A stretch of DNA of 64,000 bases from a virus (lineage: Duplodnaviria; Caudoviricetes), in the IMG/VR virus record IMGVR_UViG_2928716645_000002, positions 43,985 to 107,984 of that record. One strand, given 5' to 3'. The notes beneath the pieces are model-generated. The model made no database searches and was not told where the DNA came from. It saw nothing but the letters and a program-made list of their open reading frames with translations. Below are positions 55,091 through 64,000 of the stretch, in pieces. Position 1 is the first letter of the stretch. Each line of letters begins with the position of its first letter. A program made the translations under genes and the position numbers.

Positions 55091-55569
55091 CCGATATCGC
55101 TCCCACCTGCTGCGGCAGAACCGCCCGCCTAACGACCGGTCGCGAGATCTATCCGAACCGCCGCGATCTGCATTGGAAGCACTTTTACAAGTGCGATCGC
55201 TGCGGCAATTACTGCGGCTGCCATCCCGGCACCACGAAGAGCCTCGGCACGCCTGCCAACGCCGCGACCCGCGCCGCGCGATCGAACCTGCACGATAACG
55301 TCTTCGACCCGATCTGGAAGAGCGCACCGGCAACCAGCCAATACGACGCCGAGGACCACAAGGCGAAGGCGCGGATCCTGAAGGCGGCGCGTTCTCGGCT
55401 CTACCGCTACCTGGCGCACCATCTTGGTATCGATCGCGATGCCTGCCACTTCGGCATGTTCACGCTCGAGCAATGCAAGCGCGCGACCGAGATCCTGACC
55501 GGACTGTCATATCGGACGGTCCGGGACTGGCACTACGCGCAGGTCAAGCAGGAAGGCAAAGCAGCATGA
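55087..55569 (+). CDS. DUF3268-like zinc-finger protein
   Basis: EIYP, CDRC..CGCHPGT..LGT and CHFGMF motifs. Confidence 0.8.
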   Translation: MTDIAPTCCGRTARLTTGREIYPNRRDLHWKHFYKCDRCGNYCGCHPGTTKSLGTPANAATRAARSNLHDNVFDPIWKSAPATSQYDAEDHKAKARILKAARSRLYRYLAHHLGIDRDACHFGMFTLEQCKRATEILTGLSYRTVRDWHYAQVKQEGKAA

Positions 55570-55985
55570 ACGACAATGCTCTGCCACCGTGCCCGCTTTG
55601 TCAGTGCACGAAACTGAACACTTTCCCTTACTTCTCGTCGCACGCCGGTCGGATCGACACGGTCCGCTGCACCGAATGCCTCTGCGAATCCAGCGTCGCT
55701 GCTTGGAAACAGCGGAAACCGGCACCGCCCGCAGCGTGGTTGCTGGTCGAGGCCCTGCGCGCCGATGAGGCCCACAGCGTCACGCTGTTCTGCGACAACC
55801 CCGATTTCAACATGAGGCCGAATAGCGCGGTCGAGGTCTGCGGCGACTACACCGACTGGAACGAACGGCGGTTCGAGGGCGACAACCTCACCGCGGCGTT
55901 GATGGCTGCATACCTCGCCAAGACCGGCGGCACCGTTGCGCCCGAGATCGCGGAAGCCCTGAAGATGGAGTCCGCCCATGGCTGA
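55566..55985 (+). CDS. Lar-like zinc-ribbon N-terminus fused to an unknown domain
   Basis: LPPCPLC..VRCTEC..AAW. Confidence 0.55.
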   Translation: MNDNALPPCPLCQCTKLNTFPYFSSHAGRIDTVRCTECLCESSVAAWKQRKPAPPAAWLLVEALRADEAHSVTLFCDNPDFNMRPNSAVEVCGDYTDWNERRFEGDNLTAALMAAYLAKTGGTVAPEIAEALKMESAHG

Positions 55986-56379
55986 CGTCACCGGCCCCAT
56001 CACCACCCTTCCCGGCTCAGGGCACCGCCTGCCAGACGGCACTATGTGCGACCGGCACGCAGACCGGCCGGCTGTCGCCCGCATCCAAGGCGAGACCGAC
56101 TCCTTCGGCTCGGAGATGAACGATCTCTGCAAGGAATGCTTCGAGAAGGATCGCGCCTATGCGCGGTCCCCTGAAGCTCGGACCGGTCGCTGCGACTGGT
56201 GCAAATGCGACGCCACCGATCTGCGCAACGCCCGCGACATCGACGAAGGCAGCGCCGGACCGGTCTACCGCGTCTGCGGCAGATGTCACCAAAAGCAGCA
56301 GGACGCGATCCAAGAGGAACTGCGCCAGCACGAACACGACTTTCCCTGGGACGACGGCGATTACGATGATTGCGACTGA
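55978..56379 (+). CDS. Cys-rich zinc-binding protein
   Basis: CDRH, GETDSFG, CKEC, CDWC and CGRC. Confidence 0.7.
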   Translation: MADVTGPITTLPGSGHRLPDGTMCDRHADRPAVARIQGETDSFGSEMNDLCKECFEKDRAYARSPEARTGRCDWCKCDATDLRNARDIDEGSAGPVYRVCGRCHQKQQDAIQEELRQHEHDFPWDDGDYDDCD

Positions 56380-57226
56380 AAGCAGATCGACATTGGTCCC
56401 AACCGACGTCGTCGCAGCCCTTAGCGTGCTCAACGGTCACGCCCGCGCTTTCGGCTGCGGCCGTGACGCGATCTACCAATACAAGGGTCTCGTCGCGAGG
56501 ATCTATGCCGCCGCCGGCCAGGCCAACGCACGGCCTGTCGGCGTCATGGCGAAATGCAACTATTGCCTCGGCACGGGCAAGTTCTTCTGCCAGTACAACG
56601 GACAGACGGATGATCCCTGCAGGAAGTGCGCGCGCAGCGGGTACGTCTTCCTGCGGTTCACGGAAACCACGATCGAAGGCCACAGCTGGCACCATCCGTG
56701 GATCTCGGAAGGCTCGGAAATCTACCGGAGGTCTGTAGGCGCCAGCGCGATCGAGTACGATCCCGCAACGCGATCAATCTGGGTGACGAAGTCGGATCAG
56801 CAGCCGGCAAACATCGGCTTCGGGTTCGTCGGAGACTGGCAGCCCAATTCAAAGGGCGAAGGCACCGTTGGCGAGCGAGCAGCCGAGTTGCTGAACACCG
56901 TCGAGGATTGGCTGTTTGCGACGAGGCCAGATGGCTTTGATCTCCGCTGGGATATCGAGCGCGCGCAGCGCGCCGCGACCGGATATAGCCTGCGGCTCGG
57001 CTGGATCGGCGACCACTGCCACTATTGCGGCGAGCCGAACATCCGGATCGGCCAAGGGCACTATGTCAGGCCGTTTGAGTGGACGGTTCGGTGCTGCGAG
57101 GTCCACTCGAAAATGGAGGTCGGGACCTGGGACAAGCGCGTCCCTCCGGCTGCACTGACACCGGCGGTCCTGAAATGGGCTGAGCGCCGCAGCTGGTCGG
57201 CCGACAAGCCGGGAGCGGCGCCATGA
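56366..57226 (+). CDS. Hypothetical protein with DnaJ-like CxxCxGxG motifs
   Basis: CNYCLGTG and CRKCARSG. Confidence 0.65.
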   Translation: MIATESRSTLVPTDVVAALSVLNGHARAFGCGRDAIYQYKGLVARIYAAAGQANARPVGVMAKCNYCLGTGKFFCQYNGQTDDPCRKCARSGYVFLRFTETTIEGHSWHHPWISEGSEIYRRSVGASAIEYDPATRSIWVTKSDQQPANIGFGFVGDWQPNSKGEGTVGERAAELLNTVEDWLFATRPDGFDLRWDIERAQRAATGYSLRLGWIGDHCHYCGEPNIRIGQGHYVRPFEWTVRCCEVHSKMEVGTWDKRVPPAALTPAVLKWAERRSWSADKPGAAP

Positions 57227-57636
57227 GGTTCACGCTCGAAGACGCCGCGCGCTATTGGGCTAGTTCCCGGCCGTCGAAGGCGTTTCTGGCCTTCGTGGCG
57301 CAGATCCGGCGCATCTTCACCTTCACCGAAGAGCGCGCCAATCGTCTCCAGCGATTCCCGCGCATCGTAAACGACTATCGCGACGGCATACCTGTCGCGG
57401 ATATCGAGGCCAAGTACGGTTGCTCGAAACAAACAGTTCTGCGGTACGCCCGCCTGGCCGGCCTCGACAAGCGCCCCAAAGGCGATGCCGAGCGGCGCCG
57501 CGGCATTATCGCCCTTTACCAGCAAGGGCGGCCGATCGCTGAAATTGCTGCGCGGATGGGCGTCTCGCAGGCCCTCGTCTCGAAGATTGCGAGCGAAGAA
57601 GGCATCAATCGCCGCAACTTCCGGAGGCGCGCATGA
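57223..57636 (+). CDS. Tandem HTH protein
   Basis: Two HTH-like segments, e.g. IAEIAARMGVSQALVS. Confidence 0.7.
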   Translation: MRFTLEDAARYWASSRPSKAFLAFVAQIRRIFTFTEERANRLQRFPRIVNDYRDGIPVADIEAKYGCSKQTVLRYARLAGLDKRPKGDAERRRGIIALYQQGRPIAEIAARMGVSQALVSKIASEEGINRRNFRRRA

Positions 57637-58373
57637 CCGCCCCTCTCTTCGCCGGCATCGGCGGTCACCAGACCCCGCGGCGCGGCCGCACCGACAACTG
57701 GCTGACGCCGCCCTGGCTGCTGCGCATGCTCGGCGGCTGGGAAGCCTTCGACTTGGATCCCAGCGCGATGGTCGACCAGCCGTGGCCGACGGCCCGGCGC
57801 CACTACACGATCGCCGACAACGGGCTGATCCTGCCGTGGGAAGGTGACGTCTGGCTCAATCCGCCCTACCTGCGCGGGCTGCTCGGCCGGTTCATGGCGA
57901 GGATGGCAGCCCATGGTCGTGGCATCGCGCTGATCTTCGCGCGGACCGAGACCTCGACGTTCTTTCGCTACGTCTGGGACCGCGCCTCGGCGGTACTGTT
58001 CCCGCGCGGCCGGATCGACTTCTGCACACCGGATGGTGGCGCCGCCGGCGACTCCGGCGCGCCGTCGGTGCTCTGCGCCTATGGCGATCGACACGCCGAG
58101 GTACTGGCTTCCGCCGATCGCGACTTCGGCCAGTTTGTGCCGCTGCGCCTGCCGCGGAGCGTCGTTGTTCTCGCGCTGGCGACCACCTGGCGCGAGGCGA
58201 TCGCCGAGTGGCTGCGCGCACAGCGCGGTCCGGTCGCCCTCGCCGACATTTACCGCGCCTTCGCGTCCCATCCGAAGACCGCGGCCAACCCGAATTACCA
58301 GGCCAAGATCCGGCAGGTGCTCCAGGAAGGCGCCGGCATGCGGGTCGGACGCGGACAATGGAGCGCAGCATGA
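57633..58373 (+). CDS. Phage N6-adenine DNA methyltransferase
   Basis: WLTPP, FDLDP, WLNPPY and FARTET..GRIDF motifs. Confidence 0.9.
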   Translation: MTAPLFAGIGGHQTPRRGRTDNWLTPPWLLRMLGGWEAFDLDPSAMVDQPWPTARRHYTIADNGLILPWEGDVWLNPPYLRGLLGRFMARMAAHGRGIALIFARTETSTFFRYVWDRASAVLFPRGRIDFCTPDGGAAGDSGAPSVLCAYGDRHAEVLASADRDFGQFVPLRLPRSVVVLALATTWREAIAEWLRAQRGPVALADIYRAFASHPKTAANPNYQAKIRQVLQEGAGMRVGRGQWSAA

Positions 58374-59278
58374 TCATCCGTCCCTGTGACGTCGAAACGA
58401 CCGGCTTGGACGAACGAGCCGAGGTGATCGAGATCGGCGCGCACGACATCCGCGACGGCACGCTCTATTCGTTGCCGCGGCGCACGTTCGTGAAGCCGGC
58501 GGCACCGATTCCGCCGAGCTCGTCCGGCATCCACCACATCACTGACGCCGATGTCGCGGACGCTCCCGCGTGGAATACGGCTTGGCGGATCCTTGTCGAG
58601 ATGGAGGACGACGGCGAGGAACTGAAGTTCGCGGCCCATATGGCGTCCTACGAAAGGCAGTTCCTCGACCCTCTCATCAAGGCAGACTGGATCTGCACAT
58701 GGAAGTGCAGCCTGCGACAGTGGCCCGATCTCGACAGCCACTCGCTCCAGGCACTTCGCTATGCGCTCAAGCTGGAGCCCAGCGATCCGTCGCTTACGAT
58801 GCCGCCGCACCGCGCCGCGCCGGACGCCTATGTCTGCGGGCTGCTGTTGCTCGAACTCTTGAAGCACCAGACCGTGGAAACGCTGGTGCAGTGGAGCAGC
58901 GAACCCGCTGTGTTCACGAAGTTCGACTTCGGGCAGTTCGACGGCAAGCCGCTCTCGGCGGCCGACGACGGCTATATGGACTGGCTCGCCAACAAAGAAC
59001 ACAAGATGGGAGAGGATTGGCGCTGGAATGCACGGCGCGAGATCGAGCGCCGCGCTGGAGCGAAGCGGAAGGAAGCGCTCGACCTCCTCTTGCCTGCGAT
59101 CGCCGGCGCCGCCACTGTTGCCGATCTTGAGAACTGGTACCACGGCTCGGGCCCCTATCTCGCCAGGCACGGCATCCTCGTCGGTTCGGATGAATATCAA
59201 TCGCTGATCTCCGCTTGCGCGGCGCGGAAGAAATCGCTGATCGAGGGCGGCCAGCCGCAATTCGGAGCGACGTCATGA
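58370..59278 (+). CDS. DEDDh 3'-5' exonuclease (ExoX-like)
   Basis: DVETTG, HHIT and HRAAPDA motifs. Confidence 0.88.
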   Translation: MIIRPCDVETTGLDERAEVIEIGAHDIRDGTLYSLPRRTFVKPAAPIPPSSSGIHHITDADVADAPAWNTAWRILVEMEDDGEELKFAAHMASYERQFLDPLIKADWICTWKCSLRQWPDLDSHSLQALRYALKLEPSDPSLTMPPHRAAPDAYVCGLLLLELLKHQTVETLVQWSSEPAVFTKFDFGQFDGKPLSAADDGYMDWLANKEHKMGEDWRWNARREIERRAGAKRKEALDLLLPAIAGAATVADLENWYHGSGPYLARHGILVGSDEYQSLISACAARKKSLIEGGQPQFGATS

Positions 59279-59853
59279 ACGCGGCGCTCCACAATCCTGG
59301 CGGCAAGGTCAAGCTGCGGCTCGCCGACGGCGTCGGCGGAGACGCCATGTTCTGCGGCCAGAACGATTGCTACCGGCCGATGCTGACCCGGAAGTGGGTG
59401 AACTTGTTCACCGCCGGCACGCGGCTGCCGAACAACTTCGTTCTCTGGATCGGGATGAACCCATCCGTCGCGGATGCCAACGTCGACGACCCGACTATGA
59501 ACAAGGTGATCGACTTCTCGATGGAGTGGGGCTTCGACGGCCTCGCCATGATGAACGTCTGCGATTACCGCGCGACGGAGCCAGCGAAGCTGCTCGAGCC
59601 GGGCATCGCGCCGCGCAGCAATTGCAACCTGCCGCTGATCCGGGATACTGCGAAGCAAGCCGCCAAGATTATCTGCGCCTGGGGCAACCTCCACCGCAAC
59701 CTCGTTCACTTCGCGGTGGATGTCGAAGATGCATTGAGGCGTGACGGACGCGAAATGTGGTGCCTGGGTCTGAACAAAGGCGGCACGCCGAAGCACCCAC
59801 TCTATGTCCGCGGCGACACCCCCCTCATTCGATTTAAGGAGATTCCTGTATGA
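59275..59853 (+). CDS. DUF1643-family protein
   Basis: IGMNPSVAD..DDPT, CAWG and PKHPLY motifs. Confidence 0.9.
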   Translation: MNAALHNPGGKVKLRLADGVGGDAMFCGQNDCYRPMLTRKWVNLFTAGTRLPNNFVLWIGMNPSVADANVDDPTMNKVIDFSMEWGFDGLAMMNVCDYRATEPAKLLEPGIAPRSNCNLPLIRDTAKQAAKIICAWGNLHRNLVHFAVDVEDALRRDGREMWCLGLNKGGTPKHPLYVRGDTPLIRFKEIPV

Positions 59854-61574
59854 CGTTCGCATTTCCGCGCGCGGTTCTGGAGCAGCACACCGCGTTCCTC
59901 GGCAAGACCGGCTCCGGCAAGACGTCGACCGCGAAGCTCGCGGTCGAGCAGATCCTCGCCGCAAACCCAGCCGCGCGCGTCTGTGTCCTCGACCCGATCA
60001 AGTCCGATTGGTGGGGCATGACGTCGAGCGCCGACGGCCAGCGGCCCGGCCTGCCGTTCTACATCCTCGGCGGTCCGCGCGGCCACGTCGCGCTGCATGA
60101 CTCCGCCGGCAAGGCGATCGGCGAGCTCGTCGCGACCGGCGATCTGCCGCTGTCCATCATCGACATGGCGGACTTCAACGCCGGCGGGCTGCAGAAATTC
60201 TTCAACGACTTCGCGCCCGCGCTCATGAAGCGGATGCGCGGCGTCGTTTATCTCGTGATCGAGGAGGCACACGAATTCGCACCGAAGGAGCGCGCCGGCA
60301 TCGGCGCCGAGAACCTCGCGATCCATAATGCCAAGAAGCTGGCCACCGCTGGCCGGTCGAAGGGTATCCGCCTGATGGTGGTGACCCAGCGCACCCAGGC
60401 GCTGCACAACGCCGTGCTCGGCAGCTGCGACACCATGATCGCGCACCGCCTCACGGCGCCGGCCGATCAGGATCCGGTCAAGAAGTGGCTGAAGTCCAAC
60501 GTCGACAAGATGACGTTCGAGCGGGTTTCCTCGTCCCTCGCCTCGCTGAAGACCGGCTCTGGCTGGTTGTGTTCCGGCGAGGCCCAGGTCGCCGACCTCG
60601 TGCAGTTCCCGAAGATCTCGACCTTCGACAATTCCGCGACACCGACGGACGGCGACGCCGAATTGCATGTTCAGACCGCACCAGTCGATCGCGACCGGCT
60701 GCGCGCCATCATCGGCGACGCCGTCAAGCTGGCGGAAGAAAATGATGTGCCGAGGTTGCGGGCGGAGATCATTCGGTTGAACGCCGAATTGGCGAGCAGC
60801 GGTGCGTCGCAAACCGTCGCGGCGCCTCAAGAGGAGATCGATGCAGCGTATCAGGAAGGACTTTGGGACGGGCTGCATCCCTTCCTGGACCTGTTCGAGG
60901 ACGTGAGGGTGATCAGCGTGGCCGTGCAGAATTTACTGGCTCGCGTTGGTGAGGTCCAATCGAAGCACAAGATCACTGCGGAGTGCGCTCCGCCGCACGC
61001 GCGAGAGCTGCGCAATCATAGGTCCCTACCGAAACCGGGCTCGCCATCCCTGAAAGCCCCACCTCGCGCGCCGGTGCGGCCGGCAGCGCCTCGACCATCG
61101 CCGGCGGCGAGCGGCGACGGATCCCTCACCTCTGCCGGTCAGAAGATGCTGGCCGTGCTCGACACCAATCCGCCGGTCCGCCGGACGTGGAAGCAGGTCG
61201 CGACGCTAGCAGGATTGAAGGCGCGCGGCGGCCACTTCAACACCGGCAAGAAATCCCTGATCGACTCCGGGCTGATCGTGGAAGACGGCGACCACGTCTA
61301 TGTCGCGACGCCGAGCAAAGCCGCCGTGACCGGCAGTATCCCGCCGGCCGAGTTGGTCGAGATGTGGTGCCGCAGCCTGTCGGGTGCCGCGCCAAACATC
61401 CTCCGGACCATCTACGCGAACGGCGGGACCATGTCGCAGGCCAAGGTGGCCGAGGTGCTGGGCGTACAGCCCCGCGGCGGTCACTGGAATTCCGGCTGGA
61501 AAGAACTTCGCGACAACGACGTCCTGACTGTCCGCGGCGGCACCGCCGAACTCACGGAGCTCTTCCGGCCATGA
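59850..61574 (+). CDS. HerA/DUF87-like ATPase with C-terminal winged-helix-like repeats
   Basis: GKTGSGKT, IEEAHEFAP and GRSKG..TQR; two RGGH(F/W)N repeats. Confidence 0.85.
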   Translation: MTFAFPRAVLEQHTAFLGKTGSGKTSTAKLAVEQILAANPAARVCVLDPIKSDWWGMTSSADGQRPGLPFYILGGPRGHVALHDSAGKAIGELVATGDLPLSIIDMADFNAGGLQKFFNDFAPALMKRMRGVVYLVIEEAHEFAPKERAGIGAENLAIHNAKKLATAGRSKGIRLMVVTQRTQALHNAVLGSCDTMIAHRLTAPADQDPVKKWLKSNVDKMTFERVSSSLASLKTGSGWLCSGEAQVADLVQFPKISTFDNSATPTDGDAELHVQTAPVDRDRLRAIIGDAVKLAEENDVPRLRAEIIRLNAELASSGASQTVAAPQEEIDAAYQEGLWDGLHPFLDLFEDVRVISVAVQNLLARVGEVQSKHKITAECAPPHARELRNHRSLPKPGSPSLKAPPRAPVRPAAPRPSPAASGDGSLTSAGQKMLAVLDTNPPVRRTWKQVATLAGLKARGGHFNTGKKSLIDSGLIVEDGDHVYVATPSKAAVTGSIPPAELVEMWCRSLSGAAPNILRTIYANGGTMSQAKVAEVLGVQPRGGHWNSGWKELRDNDVLTVRGGTAELTELFRP

Positions 61575-61942
61575 AACGTGCCCTCACCATCCTCAACGAA
61601 ACCGGCGACGTCACCATCACCTGGGAGGCGGAGAACGATGAACGCATGCTCCCGATCATCGAGAGGAAGATGAAGTCCGGCGTGACGTTCTTCCTGATCG
61701 AGCCGCGCATGAACGGCCTGGTAGCGCCGGACACCAGCAAGCCCCTCAAGAAGGTCAAGGATGCGCTCAAGCATCGGGCCCTTTCCATGAAGGACGAGGA
61801 TTTCGAGACCATGGTGGCCGAGGGCAAGGCCGAGCTCGTCCAGACGCCCGCGGCGCCGGCGCGCACGATCCGCAAGGCCAGCACGGCGCGCGAGGTCGTC
61901 AAGAGCGAGTCGGTCGGCGTCCAGCAGATGCGGGGCGGCTGA
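61571..61942 (+). CDS. 123-aa protein ending in -MRGG
   Basis: ATGA coupling to the HerA-like gene; CAG ATG CGG GGC GGC TGA. Confidence 0.8.
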   Translation: MKRALTILNETGDVTITWEAENDERMLPIIERKMKSGVTFFLIEPRMNGLVAPDTSKPLKKVKDALKHRALSMKDEDFETMVAEGKAELVQTPAAPARTIRKASTAREVVKSESVGVQQMRGG

Positions 61943-63192
61943 TGCAATTCCAACGGTCACCCTTCCCGGCCGAGGTCGAGTATTTCCTCGACAGCGCGGT
62001 GGAGCACGACGAGCTCGGCGCCTTCGCGCACGCCGTCCTGACGCTCCTCGGCAGCAGGAAACTTGTGCCTGAGCTCATCGAAAAGCGGAAGATTGGCCAC
62101 CTGCTGCACTGCCGGCAGTCTCGATGCCACGAACTCGACGCCTATGCTCACGAGATCATCGCCGAACTGGCGGAGCATGAGCGCCGGTCCTTCGTGGCGG
62201 TCGGCCTGCGGTGGGAGCCGAGACGCCTCCTGAACATCGCGGAATATCTCGCCAGCTTTAATTTCGAGGACGAGACCCGCGGCGGTGCCAACCTGCCATT
62301 CCGCCGACACTGGCGCTGCGACGACAATTATGACCCGACACCGCGTGCCAGGCGCAGGCTCTACGCACCGGGGGCGATCCGCCGCTACGCCCGCCTCGAG
62401 GACTGCTCGATGCCGTGGGCGCGGCTGCTGGCCGGCCGGCTGCGGCAACTGCCTGCGGCGGTGCCGGCCGATCTGGATCTGGTCTGCGACCTGCTGCTGG
62501 AACAGCGCGAAACCTACCGGGTCGAGTACCACCGCGCGCGGCAGAAATTCGAGGCCGAGCAGCGCCGCCGCTTTTTCTCCAACGGCAGCATCGAGCGCGA
62601 TCGCCGCGCCGTCCGCCGAGCGGCATCCTTCTGTGCCGGCCTCCTCGGCCCGGCCAAGGTCGGAGCGTTTGCCCGCGGCGAGGCCATCACCTTCGCCGGC
62701 CGTGACGTTTCGATCGAGGTGGCGCGGGCCCGTTCAATCGCCACCGTCGGGCATGGAGCCCTCGAGGTGAAGCTGTGTGCCCAGGATGGGACGCGGCTCG
62801 CCAACGTATGCGTCTTCTTCGACAAGACACCGGCGCTGGACCAACTCGCAGCGATCGCGATGCATGTCGAGGCCGGCGACGAGTCCGCCATCATTCAGAC
62901 CGGCAACCTGTTCAACGTCACGGCCGCCGGCTCCGAGCACCCCGTGGTGCGCGCCAGACTGGCGCAGATGCCGAAGGCGGAGGTCGAGGTGCTGGCGCCG
63001 GGTCGGCGACGCCGCACGGCCAGCGAGTACGACAAGCAGAAGGCTGCGCTGCGCCGCTACACCGCCGACACCATCGACATCTACGCCGAGGCGGTGCGCG
63101 CGCGGGTCTGGGGCCGCGACGTCAAGCGGCTGGATCCGTTCCTCGACCAGATGCAGGCCGCGATCGGCGAGATCAAAGGAAGGGCAGCATGA
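61942..63192 (+). CDS. Hypothetical protein (416 aa)
   Basis: TGATG coupling; VCVFFDKTPALDQL..GDE..GN. Confidence 0.75.
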   Translation: MQFQRSPFPAEVEYFLDSAVEHDELGAFAHAVLTLLGSRKLVPELIEKRKIGHLLHCRQSRCHELDAYAHEIIAELAEHERRSFVAVGLRWEPRRLLNIAEYLASFNFEDETRGGANLPFRRHWRCDDNYDPTPRARRRLYAPGAIRRYARLEDCSMPWARLLAGRLRQLPAAVPADLDLVCDLLLEQRETYRVEYHRARQKFEAEQRRRFFSNGSIERDRRAVRRAASFCAGLLGPAKVGAFARGEAITFAGRDVSIEVARARSIATVGHGALEVKLCAQDGTRLANVCVFFDKTPALDQLAAIAMHVEAGDESAIIQTGNLFNVTAAGSEHPVVRARLAQMPKAEVEVLAPGRRRRTASEYDKQKAALRRYTADTIDIYAEAVRARVWGRDVKRLDPFLDQMQAAIGEIKGRAA

Positions 63193-63668
63193 ACGCGCCG
63201 TAGACCCAAGAGCACGTGCTCGCCCGTGCTGAGACCATCGAGCGCCAGGCCGAGCGATGGAAGGGCAACCCCGGTTATGCCGAGACCCTGCGGATGGATG
63301 CATGGGCGTTGCGCACCGCCGCGGCGCTGTTCTCGCCCGAGATCCAGGACTGGTTCGAGGGTGCCCGGCTCGAGGCCGGCCACCAGGTTTTCCGGTTCGC
63401 TTCCGAGCATGATGCCGGCAAGACCGCGTTCGATTGGTTTTGGCTGATCGGATACCTGGCGCAGAAGGCCGCGACGGCGGCGGCGGCCGGCGATTTCGAG
63501 AAGGCCAAGCACCACACCATCTCAACCGGGGCCGCGCTGCTGAACTGGCACCGGCACCTATCCGGCTCGAGCCTTCTAATGCGTCCCGGCATCGACCCGA
63601 CCGAGCGCGGCGTGCCGATCCCGCATGCGGTGGATGACTCGCGAGAAAATACGTCGGCCCAACTTTGA
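63189..63668 (+). pseudogene. Phage protein with an in-frame TAG at codon 5 (or a GTG start at 63216)
   Basis: ATG AAC GCG CCG TAG ACC... is in frame with ORF 63216..63668. Confidence 0.5.
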
Positions 63669-63703
63669 GTGTGCGAAGAATCTAGCGTGAGGCAAGGAAG
63701 TAC

Positions 63704-64000
63704 GTGATGACGGCGAGCAAGTCGGAAAACCGCCTGAAGGGAGACCGAACACCGGCCTATGTCGGCCGGGAAACGGGCGCTGCGGAGCTCGATATCTCGC
63801 CCAATACCTGGGACCAATGGGTCGAGGCCGGGCGGCTGCCCGCACCCTGCGATACCTTCCCGACCGGAACACCTCGCTGGCGCTGGGAGGACGTTGACCG
63901 TAAGCTTTCCGGCCGGACGCTATCGGATACCTCCGATGCCGCCATGCAGGGAGCGCTGAACTTTGGTAAGAAAAAGGGAAGCCGGCGTGAAGCTACCTGA
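63704..64000 (+). CDS. Excisionase / AlpA-like HTH protein
   Basis: AAELDISPNTWDQWVEAGRLPAP..RWRWEDV; last gene of the early operon. An overlapping GTG at 63988 may start the integrase. Confidence 0.75.
   Translation: MMTASKSENRLKGDRTPAYVGRETGAAELDISPNTWDQWVEAGRLPAPCDTFPTGTPRWRWEDVDRKLSGRTLSDTSDAAMQGALNFGKKKGSRREAT

Larger units (their letters stand above)
1..64000. mobile_element. Temperate HK97-like siphophage / prophage, extending beyond both window ends
   Basis: Contiguous terminase, portal, protease, capsid and tail genes, a cI/cro switch, replication and recombination genes, and a Xis-like gene at the right edge. No att site is visible. Confidence 0.95.

Noticed and set aside
1-64000. 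tRNA/rRNA genes, lysis cassette, integrase and att sites
   Set aside because: None recognised; lysis genes and the integrase probably lie outside the window.

Overview
The whole window is one temperate HK97-like siphophage, probably a prophage, from a GC-rich alphaproteobacterial host (it carries GcrA-like and CtrA-like genes). From left to right: (1) tail, head and terminase genes on the minus strand (1-12.8 kb), with a -1 frameshift in the tail chaperone; (2) a putative cos region near 12.85 kb; (3) a ~10 kb plus-strand island of mostly small unknown genes (13.5-23.4 kb) that separates terS from its HNH partner; (4) late-control genes and an XRE-ImmA/DUF4411 pair; (5) a leftward early operon with DnaB, primase, a repeat-expanded C5 methyltransferase, DnaN, RuvC-like, MT-A70, GcrA and Cro; (6) cI with six ATACC-N5-GGTAT-type operators in two clusters, and an O-like initiator with iterons unusually placed between them; (7) a rightward early operon ending in a Xis-like gene. 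The most striking signal is the island. It is bracketed by two small HTH genes. Nine of its genes have a GCGCR-AYWG-TGCGC hairpin just upstream of the ribosome-binding site, with G-U variation and one compensatory base pair. A second motif (GCTACGRYCGATT-like) occurs ten times at gene junctions. Together these suggest a coordinated, first-injected anti-host regulon controlled at the RNA level. A second candidate system is a HerA-like ATPase, a small protein ending in Gly-Gly and a Cys-containing partner near the right end. All family calls come from motif recognition by eye; no database searches were run.
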